Shown: positions 36,404-49,300 of the stretch, in pieces
How the letters are laid out: the number at the start of each line of letters is the position of its first letter
How positions within the stretch are numbered: position 1 is the first letter of the stretch
DNA from: Trypethelium eluteriae
Taxonomy: Eukaryota
Assembly (NCBI GenBank): GCA_051942245.1
Contig: JAVECL010000106.1
Span: 1-51,741, forward strand
Direction of reading: 5' to 3'
Length of the DNA: 51,741 bases
Position numbers and translations under genes: made by a program
The notes under the pieces: generated by a model
Seen by the model: the letters and a program-made list of their open reading frames with translations, nothing else
Told to the model about the DNA's origin: nothing
The model's database searches: none

Positions 36404-38447
36404 ATGGGAACTCTCACAGCGGATGTGCCGAGACTGGATATCTATTGCTCCCATAAATTACCTTCTTCATGTCGTCTTACAGCTACGCCCCTATGCTGCG
36501 CCTGCGCGGATCGGAGACCACATGCATCCTCGTATTCTGTATACATTGATGGTGTGGGGTTCGTTCTCAGAGGTACTCGTTGGCAAAGATATTGTTGGTT
36601 CTGTAAAGGTTTCTATCTTGAGCCTGTCTTTGTGGGTTCTACTACTAACACGAAGCTGTCTAGAGTTCTGGGGGAATCGAGTGATTGCTAGCAATTTACG
36701 ACCCGCTGAGACGCGCATTCCTGACCATCCAGACCAAACCGAGTTCCTCGAAAGATGGTATGAGTTTCATCAAGGTTATAGAATTGTCAAAAATGAAGAT
36801 GGATCACAGCATCGCATGGCGATTCTTGGAGAGCCTTTCAGAGACGTCTCGCCTGGCTATTTACCCAGGACCATTGACGAGCTTCGCACTGGCCGTACTC
36901 CAGCACAGAATCCTTACGTACAAGCCTCAGATACTGTAGGGCGACAACCTCAAAATCCTGAAGCAAGTAATGGTCATGGGAACTTGGAAGATGCTCTGGA
37001 CCAGATGCTTGAGCAAGCCGAAGCAGATGAAGAACAAGAGGGAAACAACCAACGTCAAACATCTCACAGAGGTCCAAATGCGGTGAGAAGTCAATACACT
37101 ACTCGCCAATCCGAAGCCAACGCGCAATACCAGACACGAAGGGTGGCTGCTCTGCGGCGAGAACTTCAGCGCATGCGGAATGGCGTGGAGCGCGTCATCT
37201 CAGGCCTCCGAGAGCTTGGAGAAGATGTCGACTCTTGGCGAGCCGATGGCCTTGCAGACTTGGGAAGAACATTGGATAACATCACAGTAGACGCCAACTC
37301 AGCACAACCGACTTCGTCGGAAAGACAGGAGCATGCAGCGCCCTCAACAAATCAAACAGATTCATTTGAAAATACGGAGAGCATATACACCCACACCCAC
37401 GGTCCCATGGCTAATCTCCAACAAAGGCTCGACCGAGCCAACGCTCAACTGAATGAGGCGCGTCGAGCTCGAGAGCAAGCTGCTGATGAGTTGGAGACGA
37501 CGGAAAGTGAAGTGCAAGCCAGTCGCGAACTAGTACGATCTCTTGAGCGCGAACAGCGGACTGCTGAGAATTATGTCCGGATATTTGGTACTCGCGAGGA
37601 AATGGAACGAGCAGGTGCAGAGTACGAAAGTCCCATTGGTGGCATGTTCACGCGAGCGTGGAATCGCTACCAGGTTGCCGAGGAAGTACGGCGCGAAACG
37701 CACAATGTGCGACAGGTCCTGGAGGGCGAGGAGCGTGTCCTTGAGGTCGAGGGACCTACACAAGCGCAAGCGGCGGAGACCGAGTCCACTGGAAACGAGA
37801 CCAACAGAAATACGTTGGATGAAAGCGGCTTGAGGGACTATTACACTACCTTGAGGATGCAAGATGGCACGCAAGGCGCGCTGTCCGATCTAAGAACAGT
37901 CCTCGAAACCGCACAACAATCCCGCTCACGTTCGACGCGGCTACGCGAGCGGATGACGCAGGCACTTCAACAGCGTACTTCCACTAATACGAACAGCGAC
38001 TCTTTCCCACGGGCAGCAGCGCAACGAGCGTGGTTGCATCGCGAACGGCGCAGGATGCTTCCCATCCCGGGCGATTCCGACTCCGAGCAAGACGGTCTCC
38101 TCCGTTTCGAGCGTGACGAGCCTCGTGGCCTGGACCGAGATGACGATGGACGTCCGTCGCCGAAGAGCGACGAAGAGATGACGGTCAAACTCGAATGTAA
38201 GATTTGCTACCAACAGCTAGCTGATACGGTTGTGCTGCCGTGTGGGCATTTGGTCATGTGCGAGTGGTGCGCAGCACAACATGTTCCTTCTCATCAGGCA
38301 GATCGGACGAGACCGAAGAGACCCACGGATTGTCCATTGTGTAGGAAACGCATAAGGCAGAAGGTACTGAAAGTACACGAGATGTATTCTTTACGAGTAG
38401 CGCTAACAGAGATTTTCTATGTGTAGGCCAAGATCTTTCGATCGTGA
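36404..38447 (+). CDS. RING-finger (C3HC4, zf-RING_3-like) protein with coiled coils; putative E3 ligase
   Basis: Exon 1 MGTLTAD...YCWFCK, intron about 36610-36663, long exon 2 ending CKIC...VLPCGHLVMCEWCA...CPLCRKRIRQK, intron, then AKIFRS*. Confidence 0.85.
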
Positions 38448-41400
38448 TGGGGCTGCTCCGAGCATTTCCCCGGTGCTAGGGCTTCTCAGCCGATGAGCGT
38501 GGAATCTTAGGTGGATGAGCCGGCACGGGCGAGGGTATTAGGTATTTATGATGTCGAGAGTTTTGCCTTCAACCACTGGACTTGTACCAAGGTAGATATG
38601 TCTCACGTCATCATTGCATGCTGATATGTCTCACGTCTTACCTACTCAGCGATTAGATATCATACATTGTAAGAATATCTTTTTCAATGCCGATATCGGA
38701 CTGCTGTTGCATTACGTCCTGTTCGAAAAAGGCAAGGATTGCATGCTCTCCCAAAGGTCAACGTGCTTCCGATGGCGTCAGCATTTTTCGTCCCACGTAC
38801 TGCACCCACATAATCCACAAGAACGCCACCACGCTATTGGGTTACGGTAAATGCCTGCTGAGCTTATCTCAAAAGGCACGGGACGTACCGCTGCCCAAGG
38901 ACGGGGTTTCCACACATGGTTTCAGACATGTGTGGGAGACCTACAATGGCTACAGGTCGCATTAGTCGGCTTGGACCTGTTACACGTGTCGGACAGGGCG
39001 CCATGCCAGGTTTCGTGGACAATGGGAAGCCTCACTTGAAATGGTCGTGCAATATTTATTTATTGCTGCCCATCCCAGTCGCCTTGTATACCTAGTGATG
39101 CGGAGAGTCTCATGTTCAACCTTTGGCCATAGTGGGGTTTCAATGAGATTTTGACACGCAGCACACACTTCAACCAATGAAGCGTTATGATGACATGATT
39201 TCACTTGCGTTGGCCTCAATAGTTGCTTTCCTAAAAAACGGAAGCCTTGCAGAGCATCCGTCAATCATTGATGCGTTTGTTCAGCGAATGGTGATTTTCA
39301 AGGCGGGAAAGTCGGAAAGACATTCACGTAGTACATAGTGGCCTATCACAGACGCTAGGAATGATGGCTCGATCGACGGGTCATGCATTCGCCGATATGT
39401 TTGTTGCCTTTCGCTACTTCGCTACGATTCGCTCAGCCTCAGTTCTTTGTTTTCGGTTATCTCCTCAAAGGGACAACGCCTGTCGACGACTGCAACGACT
39501 TAATAAGGTATCAGTGTCAAGACACTTTGCTCTTGCGTTTCAGCTCGTGTTTGACGAGTGAAACTATCGCTAGTTCATATGTTCAATGATCGGGAATCCA
39601 GGCAAGGGTAGTTTGCGAGACCTGTAGTCTCTGGTATGGGCTAAAACTGTTTTCAAGATTCAAGTCAATAACATATTCAAAATCGATTAGCTTACCTTCG
39701 TCTTGAGTCCCTCATTGCAGGAATTAATAGACTAAATATGACAAATATGTGTGGCCTGCGAAGGAAATAAAGCGAAGATGTAATTGAATCTTAAAGACAT
39801 ATAGATGTTTGGCTGATTGGGACTTTGGTGTCAAGGCGAATGAGGAGGAAAAAGAGGCAGGGAAAAGACGTGTTCAGCGTACTTCAGCGTACTTTGCTGG
39901 GATATTTCGTATTGCTGACGTATCGATCTCACTTGATTTGAAAACAAGAGAAGAACTTCGGCTCGAGATCATGACTTGGATATTTCAGAATGACTGATCA
40001 GGTTCTCGAGATGCATTAACAGCGTAGTCTATTTGAGTCACGTAATGATAGGTTCCCAATAGCTCTTGAAACTATGAAGATGAAGGGTCTGGCATTAGAG
40101 AGTACACCTACATGATGCGAAAAGCGGAAGTAATAATCACGCAAATCTTCACACTGATCATGACATACTTCACTGTGGTATGGGCCTGCATCCGTTATCT
40201 CAGCGGCACAAAAATGTCTTGATCGTGCACCACTTTTCCCGATGAGCAAATTCACATTCGTCATGTATATTCCTCGCTGACGATGTCATGTTCGGTCTTA
40301 CGTGAGTAACTATAGTTTGAGATTTTCTGTGCATTTGGAGCTTTAAATGACATCAGTAGCCTTCGTAGAGAAGACAAAATCTCACACAGGGATACTGGAT
40401 ACGTAGGCCACAGGTAGGCCATCAACTTCCTGAGAAATCGGTTCAGCTTGCTGAAGCCTTGGTAAGATTTCTCAGTTGAAAATGGACAATGGATGGGTGA
40501 CCATGACCAGGCGGTGCCCAAGTCCAACGTGATTGAGCATGATATGGACATGCTGGAACTCAGGAAGGCGTCGCTGGCGGCGAAGATGGGGTTGTAGACA
40601 GTATGAAAATGCAGTCGAGAGGATCTGGTCTACTACCGATCGGTTGCCTCGTCAAGGTTGGTACCAGCTTGAAAGAATCTATCATGGCGCATGATCAAGT
40701 GAGACGTCAGCTGCTGGCACTTACTCCGCCCATAAGCTGAAGGCCTCTTTCTGGCGTATTGGACGAAAGGCGCAAATCAGTCGGGCGTCGTTGGAAGATG
40801 CTTGCCAAGAAAACCCACGGAATTCGGATATATACATGTATCTTGCAGGTATGTTGTTTTATCCTGCTACCGACAGGCTGGCTTCGAATGGAGAAAAGGT
40901 CCGAAGAAGCAAATGCTAAAGTTGTTCTTTCCACGTGTCCTCAATTGGCTTGAAGGATATGAATATCAAACAAGGCGATGGCAAACACCGGAGTGTCCGG
41001 CCGGTCCTGCGGAGGGTCGGCCGAAGGGATTTCTGTAGAAGAATAACGAAACTGGACTGGAGGCTATGGATTCACTGAGAGCGAGACAGCATGCTAAGGA
41101 AAAATCAACAGTTGGATTTCTTCGCCCTCAAGACTTGTATAGAAGTGACAAATGGTATCGAAACATACGCGGCTTATACATTCGTCTGCTAGACTGGTGA
41201 GCACGATGCGTACTAACTGTTGGACTTCATCCTCGCGCATGATAATCCGGTGTAGATAGGGACGTGGGAAATGAAGGGGTATTCCTTTGTGGTCTTGATG
41301 AGACGCGCTATTAAAAGCTGAAAATGCGTGTCCGAAGGGGCTTAGGAGCCACGCGTAGGATTCCAAGACCAGTTCATGCCCATTTTGACCGCAAGTACGC

Positions 41401-42688
41401 CTGAGTCTTATTCTCAACTCTAATTTCAAGCATCACGACTTCATGATGGGCTGAGTTTGATTGGCTTCAATAGTGTCTCACGTAGGACTGGGTGCTCAAA
41501 AGTTCCAGCGTAGCCCCGGCAGCAGAGGCCTGTTGGTGGCCTTTAGAATCCACGTGCTGACGGCGTAGGTGCCCAGGCAACAGCTTGGCCATGCCTCTGA
41601 CACGAAAGTGCCAGTTGACGCATCAAGCGAAGTAAGTCAAGATTTTGAGGATAATGATAAATTCGGGGGTACGCGTATTTTGAGGCTTCAATCCCAGATC
41701 TAGGAAGGAAGTACCCACGTACCCAAACAGTGCCAGAGCAGGTGTAAAGTGCTCCAGGCGCGGCCTCACCATGGCGGCCGCATTCGTTCGCATCAGACGA
41801 GAAGGCACCTGGCTAATAAGTGGCTTCTTCGCCCGACATCGCGGCCTAAATGCGAAATGGAAGAGGCAACCGACAGGCAGAACATCTTTCAACTTCCAAA
41901 TTACGCCAGCGGCCTCTAAATACAGCCTCAGCGTCAAGATACAAATGGAAGCTTTGCATCAAACGAACGATGCGACAAGGCGACGCCAGGGGGAGGTAAC
42001 TACCAGCAAAAACACGTCTGGGCCTCGCGTTAGGCAGAAGCTCCTAGAAATTGGGACCGAGCCTAGCTGTTCCATCTGAAAGGATGGGTGGATGAGTGCG
42101 GCTCTGCTGATAGCCAAGGTACCAGGCTGGACACGGCTGGGTGGCTGGCTCATTGCGTCGCAAATATGCGGACCGTGTGTGTTGGGGGACAAGGCAACCA
42201 CCCTGGCGCTAGTGACGCAGAAGGCTATTGGGAGACTTTCAGCCTGGCTGCATGAAAAGAGGGGGTTTTCAGTTATAAGGACAGAAGGGGAGAGAGAAGA
42301 GCGCTTCGTTTCTCGCAAAGTCGATTGCAGATACCCTTTTAACACTTCTTGATAACATTTCTTGATAATCTCTTGACCGGCTGAGCGCTGCAGCACCGAT
42401 GTGCTAAATCAGCAACCGTGTTGCTGATTGCGCGAGATTCCGCTAGCCTAGCTTTGTCCTCTCACCGCTAGCTAAGATATATCTTCATAGCTTGAGAACT
42501 TGGTGATCAGCCTTCACTTATCTTGCGGCCCCCACCATCTCTCTCCCATCCTCCCCCCTCCGATTTATCTGACGTAGGTCACGTGCAGTTGGGCTGTGCG
42601 TCGAAATCGAAGCCGCCACCTTAGGCGATTCGTATGGAGTTTCTCGTGGCAAGTTTACCCAGCTGTTGGCTTCTGAAGTTCATTGTCA

Positions 42689-45600
42689 ATGGGCGATCTG
42701 CAGACCAGAATCACCCGTGCTCTCAGGGAGTCTTCGAGAGCTGCAGATGGCCGAATAGATGATGCTCGCGCCGAAGACGCCTTAACTTGTCCGTTGGGAT
42801 GCGAAGGGCTGGTGTTTAGCCACCCAGATTTGCGATGGGATCACATACAAACTACACATCCAGGATGTCTATCGGAGTCATGGGAAGGGCCCGGTACACT
42901 TGAGGCGAGGGGTAATCTCAAAGCTCGCACTCAGATTCGATCGTGCGTTAATCCACGGCCCCCTTAAATTGAGGGAGCCAGCCCTCAAAATGGTTACCAA
43001 AGATCACGTGCTGACGCTCAAGAACCAGTTCGGATGTCAGAAATGAGGGTAACACGGAGACTGAGCTTCGGTCACCAGGACCGCGGCGCCTTTCGGCTGA
43101 GTCCATGAATGTAGAGGCGATTTCACGGTCGCAGACGCCGACGAGGCCCACTACAGAGAATCTGGCTCAGCTTTCTATTAAGCAAGGCCAGCCGGCAATT
43201 CCACCGAATCCACCTTCTCGCAATTTGAGGCTTTCTCCCACCGTCTCTTCGAGCAGTCGTAAAAGAGCTGCTTCTGCTGACATTCAATCGGCTCCACTAA
43301 CTTCGCGGCAGTCACCTCAGAGCCAAAGTTTTCAGGCTCAACGGCGAGACGTCTCTTCTGGGGACGTCAAATTGGGCGTGCCAGGATCATTCAATGTTGA
43401 GTCTTCGAGAGTTGATTCATCCAAACTTGATTCAGAGTTTTCGAGGGACATTCCCTTTAGTTTAGGTTCAGAGATGCAGAGTCCTCAAGGAACATCTAGT
43501 AGGCGTTTGTATGATCCATCGTCTCCTGCACGATCCAGCCATGCTCGCAACACATCCGCGCCAACGAAGGTCATTCGTACCACCCATCATCAGCATGCTA
43601 GCAAGCCGGAAAGAGCCAAGGTACATGAGAAGCAGGGGATAAGACCGAAGTCTGCAGATGTCTCAATGGTGGGAGAGGCCGCTATCGACGAGTCCAGCCA
43701 ATTGGCTTCTGCATCGGCCAAAACGGGCAAATCCAACACGAAAGAATCACCTCAAGGCAGGAGCTTACCTCACCACCCACGGGGGGTATTCCAAATTCCT
43801 GCCCAAGCCAAATATCCTGATCTTATCATGCAGCCAGATTCCCGCCCAATCTCCCATGATCAGCTAGCTGCCGAAGTGAAAGGCATCTATGCTGGTCTTG
43901 TCATGGTGGAAGGGAAATGCATAAGTGTAGATGGTATGCAGATGTCACCGGATCAGCGCTTCACTTCGGAGCATTGGCAGGCACTCGTGGCACTTCACAG
44001 AACCCTTCTACACGAGCACCACGACTTTCTGTTAGCCTCGCAGCACCCGTCGGCCAATTCGGCGCTCCGCAAATTAGCAGCTAAATACTCCATGCCCGGT
44101 CGAATGTGGAAGCACGGAATCCATTCTTTCTTAGAACTGATGCGACGCTACCTGCCAGAGTCCAGGGAGTACATGATCGCCTTCATTCTACTCGCCTATC
44201 AGATGATGGCACTCCTTTACGAGACTGTGCCAGCGTTTGAGCAAACATGGATAGAATGTCTTGGAGACCTTGGGAGATATCGCATGGCCGTCGAAGACGA
44301 CGACTTTCGGGACCGTGAGACTTGGGGGGGTGTCGCTCGATCATGGTACAGCAAAGCCGCCGATCAGAGCCCCGAAATCGGGAGGTTGTACCATCATCTT
44401 GCCATCCTTGCAGGGCCCAATGCCCTGCAGAAGTTGTTCTACTATGTCAAGGCATTGACTTGCGAGCAGCCATTTCCCAGTGCTCGCGACTCAATTTTGA
44501 CGCTGTTCGATCCACTTCTTGGCACAAGCCCTCCTGCCTTTGCTCGTTCACATCCTGGTGAGGCGAATTTCATCAAACTTCACGCCATGCAATTTGGAAG
44601 ATCGCCCATGGACGGCTATGAGCCGATGGCAACCGAGTATCTCGAGAACCTCGATGGCCATATCGGTCGCGTCACTGCTAAATGGAATGAAGCTGGAGTG
44701 TATACGGCTGTTGCAAACATAGGAGGCATCTTGGAGTACGGCAGTGACACCGAGCTTTTGCACGCCTATCAAGAGTTAGCTCGCTTAGAGAGCAACGCGA
44801 ACAGCTCAGGCTCTGCAGACAAACCGGACTCAAGCACCAGTCAAGTCCAAGAGACAGGTGCCGTAAAATCACAAGCTGAGGAGAACACTGACTCAACAGA
44901 GAAGGCCAGCGAAAGTAAGGGTAACCATCAATCTTTCGAACGAGCTTGCCGGCTAGCGCTGGATACGTTGAATGTCGTCTTGAATCGTATTGGTGATAAG
45001 AACATCCTACCCCATGTTCATGTCTTTCTCGTCTTCATTTGGGGCATATTTGCGCTGCCGCCTCGAGCGACACAATACGTGCTCGAAAGGTTTCCTTGGG
45101 ATCAGTTGGCGTTTTTTCTAAATACCTTAGCTAGCTCTGAGGACGTTGATTGTCGCTTCCAAACCCTATCTGACTATATGCAACCCAACAGCCGCGAGCG
45201 TCGACCCTTGCCTGAAGATTTCCTCATTCGAGGTCAGGTTTGGTGCCGCGGCTTCTTTCCTGATGAATGGTTTGACGACGGAGGAGATGTGGAAGAGAGA
45301 ATGCTAGAGAGGGCTTCGACAAGTAAGGCAAGAGCCGAGAGGATCTTATGGATCGGGACCCGTATTGGATCGGTATGTTGGAATCTTTGTAGGCATTTCC
45401 GGATATTCCGCTCACTCTAAGGTTCAGCATGGCCGATGGTTACATTACAATGCTAGCACAAAGCATTTCTCAGCTATTCGATCTGCTACACAAGATGCGT
45501 CGACGGCAGAAATCGAAAATACTCTCGGCAATGCTGCTATTGCCAAGCAGACACCATCAGAGGAGGACTCAAGGGAGATGGATTTTGTGAAGCAGTCGGA

Positions 45601-46340
45601 GGGGCTTGCTTCCCCTCAGCCCAGCACGAACATCTCGCATGGAATGCTTATGTCTGTCCCCAAGATCGATATGCCAGCAGCTGCACAGCTAGTCGTACGA
45701 GACTTCACAGTGAGCATGACTACCTTGTCAGTATTGAAATAAAAAAAAACTCATTGACTCTGCTCTTCATAGGTTCTTGTTCTTGATACTAGCATGCTCT
45801 TAAATCAACTCCCTTTCTTCACTTCTACTGCTCAAGGAGGGGGCTTTGACATCGTCATCCCGGACGAAGGTACGTCACAGCACTCGAAGGTTTTCTCTCG
45901 TCGGCCTAATTTGTATAGTGGTGGTGCGATTGAAGTTCTTGGACGGTGTGTCGCATCCCGACGACACTAGGGCGCGCGCGGCCCTTGAGGCAATTAAGAT
46001 CTCAATTGATGAGGGTAGGCGAGTCATGATTAAAAATGCGGAAGGGGTCAATGTTACGGACGAAGCATTCGTTAGCTGCGTACATCAAAGGCACGCTACG
46101 CACCTCTACGATTTGGAAGAAATCACTATTGGCTTGGCTCGGAGAGAGACTGACAGAGATCTGGAGAAGAGCCGGGTGCCCTCTGAAGAGGCTCGGCCTG
46201 CTATTCTGATCACAGATGATCGTAAGATGCGGGTCAAGGCTAATGGCTTCAGGGTTGCAGCAATTGCTTCTTCCTTTCTAAGCAAGGTTATTACGGGAGC
46301 CAGAAGAAGATCCATTTCTCGAGGGCCGGGGAGTTCATGA
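42689..46340 (+). CDS. Est1/Ebs1/SMG5-7-like protein (Est1 DNA/RNA-binding TPR-like domain) with a C-terminal PIN-like domain
   Basis: Five exons. QPDSRPISHDQLAAEVKGIYAGLVMVE, WQALVALHRTLLHEHHDFLLASQHP, CLGDLGRYR, GRLYHHLAILA, PLPEDFLIRG, then VLVLDTS...IVIP...ILITDDRKMRVKA (PIN fold pattern). Confidence 0.85.
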
Positions 46341-49300
46341 TCCATCGATTACATCTCTAATTGTCATTGCTCCTGGACTATCAAATCTTAGGGACCCAGA
46401 GCTGGCTGAGGAACGGAGAGCATGGCATTGACCTGTACGGTATGTGTCATGCTGTGGGTTACGAACCGATCGAAAAGGGTCTCGTCACCCAATCCGTGCC
46501 TTTGGAAATCTATGAACGATTCTTCGATTAAATTTCAACTATGCGAAGACAGGCGAACGGGCTCAGCCGTCGAGCATTACCCTTCAACGGTTCACGCCTT
46601 ACTAAAAGCTCGATACACCCAATGATTTACGTACACGTTTGAAGACGGCATTTCCTTATGTCCTACAAAGAATCATTCATTCTGGACTGACTGAAGGACA
46701 CAAATGCGACTATGGTATGCGCGGGTGACCACCCTAAATAACGACGGGAAATTTCGGTCTTCAAATTGAGTTATGCGGAGGTGAAGGCCTACGATTAATT
46801 AGTAGCAGATGAGCCGTGCCTTCCTTATTTGGACAGATGAGACTGATGTGGAGAGGATGGAGGTGCGTGTCGGATATCTTAAAATATCTTTATTTGCCTT
46901 CATTTCGACTGCAGTTATTTAGGCTAGACAAATCCGTTGATTTGTATTTTCCCGGGACTGACTGCAGAGCTGCACCATGCAGGGGTGGTTCCAAGCCAAT
47001 ACGGGACCATGGGCAGATTGCACTCAGAATCTACATATACCGGAGCGCATGCAAGCGAAAGGCATTTGGAGGAGAAAGTGGCCTCGTCTTACGGCAGACG
47101 AGGCAAGCAAACAATGGAATTCAAGGCGGCCGAGACAACAACACAGCAGCAGCAACAATCGGGCTTGCATACCTAGTATTACCCTGCGACGCCAAACAAT
47201 GGAACCTTCTTAGATACCTTACTACAGTACATGCAAAGGCGCTTTCGGGTGGACAAAATGTCTTCAGTCAAGCTACAGTCAGCAACACCATCACGCGCAC
47301 AACGAAGCAGGAAATTCTTACCTACCTATATTGATGCATGACACTCTCACGCGACCATCAAGGGAGGCCTTTTTGCCTTGATGTGCCCCATAGGGCTGAG
47401 GTGTGGTGAGGTGCACAGTGAGATGGTCGTGCGGCATTCCTAATGCGGCCCAGCATCAAGGCTGTGAATGTGGGGTCGCGATTGCGATGGCTGTACTCCG
47501 TAAGGGTAGCCTAGAATCTTCTAATGACCAATCTTCAGCCTCATCGTACCACCGGACGAAGGTGGGTAAATGCACGACATCGACAGTTTCAGACGTGTCC
47601 GTCGTGATTCGAGTCAAAGTACGGAGTACAACCGGCATACCTTATGCAAAAGCGGACCTATTTTTATCGCTATCTTTTCCGGCGAGGACACGCTCTAATT
47701 GCGTCGATCCAGCGAGAAATCTAAAGACTCCAATGAGTACATTTATTTTCAAGTTCCTCCTTTGGCTCTCGTTATAGTCGTATGCATCAAGTTTTTCATC
47801 GCAAACTTTTTTGTCAACGATCCATAGCCTAGGCGGCCAAGAGTTCTGACATCATTTCATTGTTTCACGTGTCTCAATAATTGCTTCCGAAGCCCTTGCC
47901 GTATCTCCAACCTATTTCCGTTCTTCCTTGCGTCATCTGGACCAAGCACTTTCTTGTATTTGATTTCTCGAGACGCACTTGTAACTTTTGGGAGCTGTCA
48001 TGTAACGACGTTACCACGAGTTTTTTTGCCTTTTCCAAATGCATGTGTGCATTACACATATGGGGTTTTCTGCAGGAAGCCGGGTTTTTCATATGGACTT
48101 CTTGGACCGCATTGGGCAGGTGGTGCAAAGAATTCAGCCGATACCCCTGGGTCGAGGTGTAGGCTCGCAATGCACCTCACATACTGTATGCCTTTAATTA
48201 TTAGCTCGGCTGTAATGAAACCAGCAACAATTAAGAGATATATCCTCGTTCAGCAGATGTATTTAATGAGTTTGATCTATGCTTCACCAATACGAACTAT
48301 CTTTGCTTAACGCACTTTTCATAAGCAAGTATTTAATGATTTCCTCAATTCCAATGATTGGCAGAAATTCAAACCCAGCTAGACCACAGCGAAAAGCTAT
48401 AAACTATTCAGCTTGCCAAGCCATCTCTCCATAGGAACTGAAAACTCAGGCAAGTTGCCATGCTGCCCTACATAGCGAGCACTCGATAGTCGATACTGCG
48501 AATGGATAGGCGAATGTTGCCATAAGAGTCCATAGATCACAAGCAATCTATTGTAAAGCATTCTCGAAGGGTTGAAGCCTGGATCACGTGAAACGTACCA
48601 AAAGTTACAAAACCTGCAGGCGTATCCACACGACAACAAATTACCCTTTTCTGAAAGAGGTAGGAGAGTGGAGAGGGATCTTTGCTAGAGCGAGCTTTTT
48701 TGCATCTGCATCTGCATGCGCAAACACAGTCATTGCCTGTCGGTGAGTGCAAGTTGAGGCCTGCAAAAAGCACAGAATGTTGAAGACAGGGCTCGAGTCC
48801 TCTGATACGAGCGATTGCACAGGTCATACGATGCAATGAAAGAAAGGCAACAGAAAATTTTGCAGGAGCTGAAAAATTACTCGTGGGTTATCCAGACGGC
48901 ACCTGCACTCACGCAGACAAGGAAGTGGCTTCAAAGTAGGTGGCAGAGCTCTACCCTGATTGAATAGAACAAAGTGTCGGTCAGAAGATGCGATCAACAC
49001 AGACAAAAGAGATAGGTCGTGGAGCTGAGACCACGGGTATGGGTTGCACGAAGGCAGCGAGCCTGTCGGGCAAGTCTCCTAGTCAAGCTCATGGAGGCGA
49101 GTTAGTGCGAGGCAAGATGTCAGATAATTGATGGATCTTGGAGGCGCCAGATCGAGCTACGCCCTGAGTCTTACACGATGGAGTCTCCATTAGACGAAAT
49201 GACGAAATGATAGACTGACCAAGTGGAGGAGGCAAAGCCTTTAACGCCCGTGGGCCTGTGAGTCTTCGAGGCATCAACCACATTATGTAACTATCGGAGG

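Noticed and set aside
48397..48490. Peptide GQHGNLPEFSVPMERWLGKL resembling a CACTA transposase motif
   Set aside because: Spacing is one residue off, the conserved upstream His is missing, and there are no other transposase motifs or CACTA termini.
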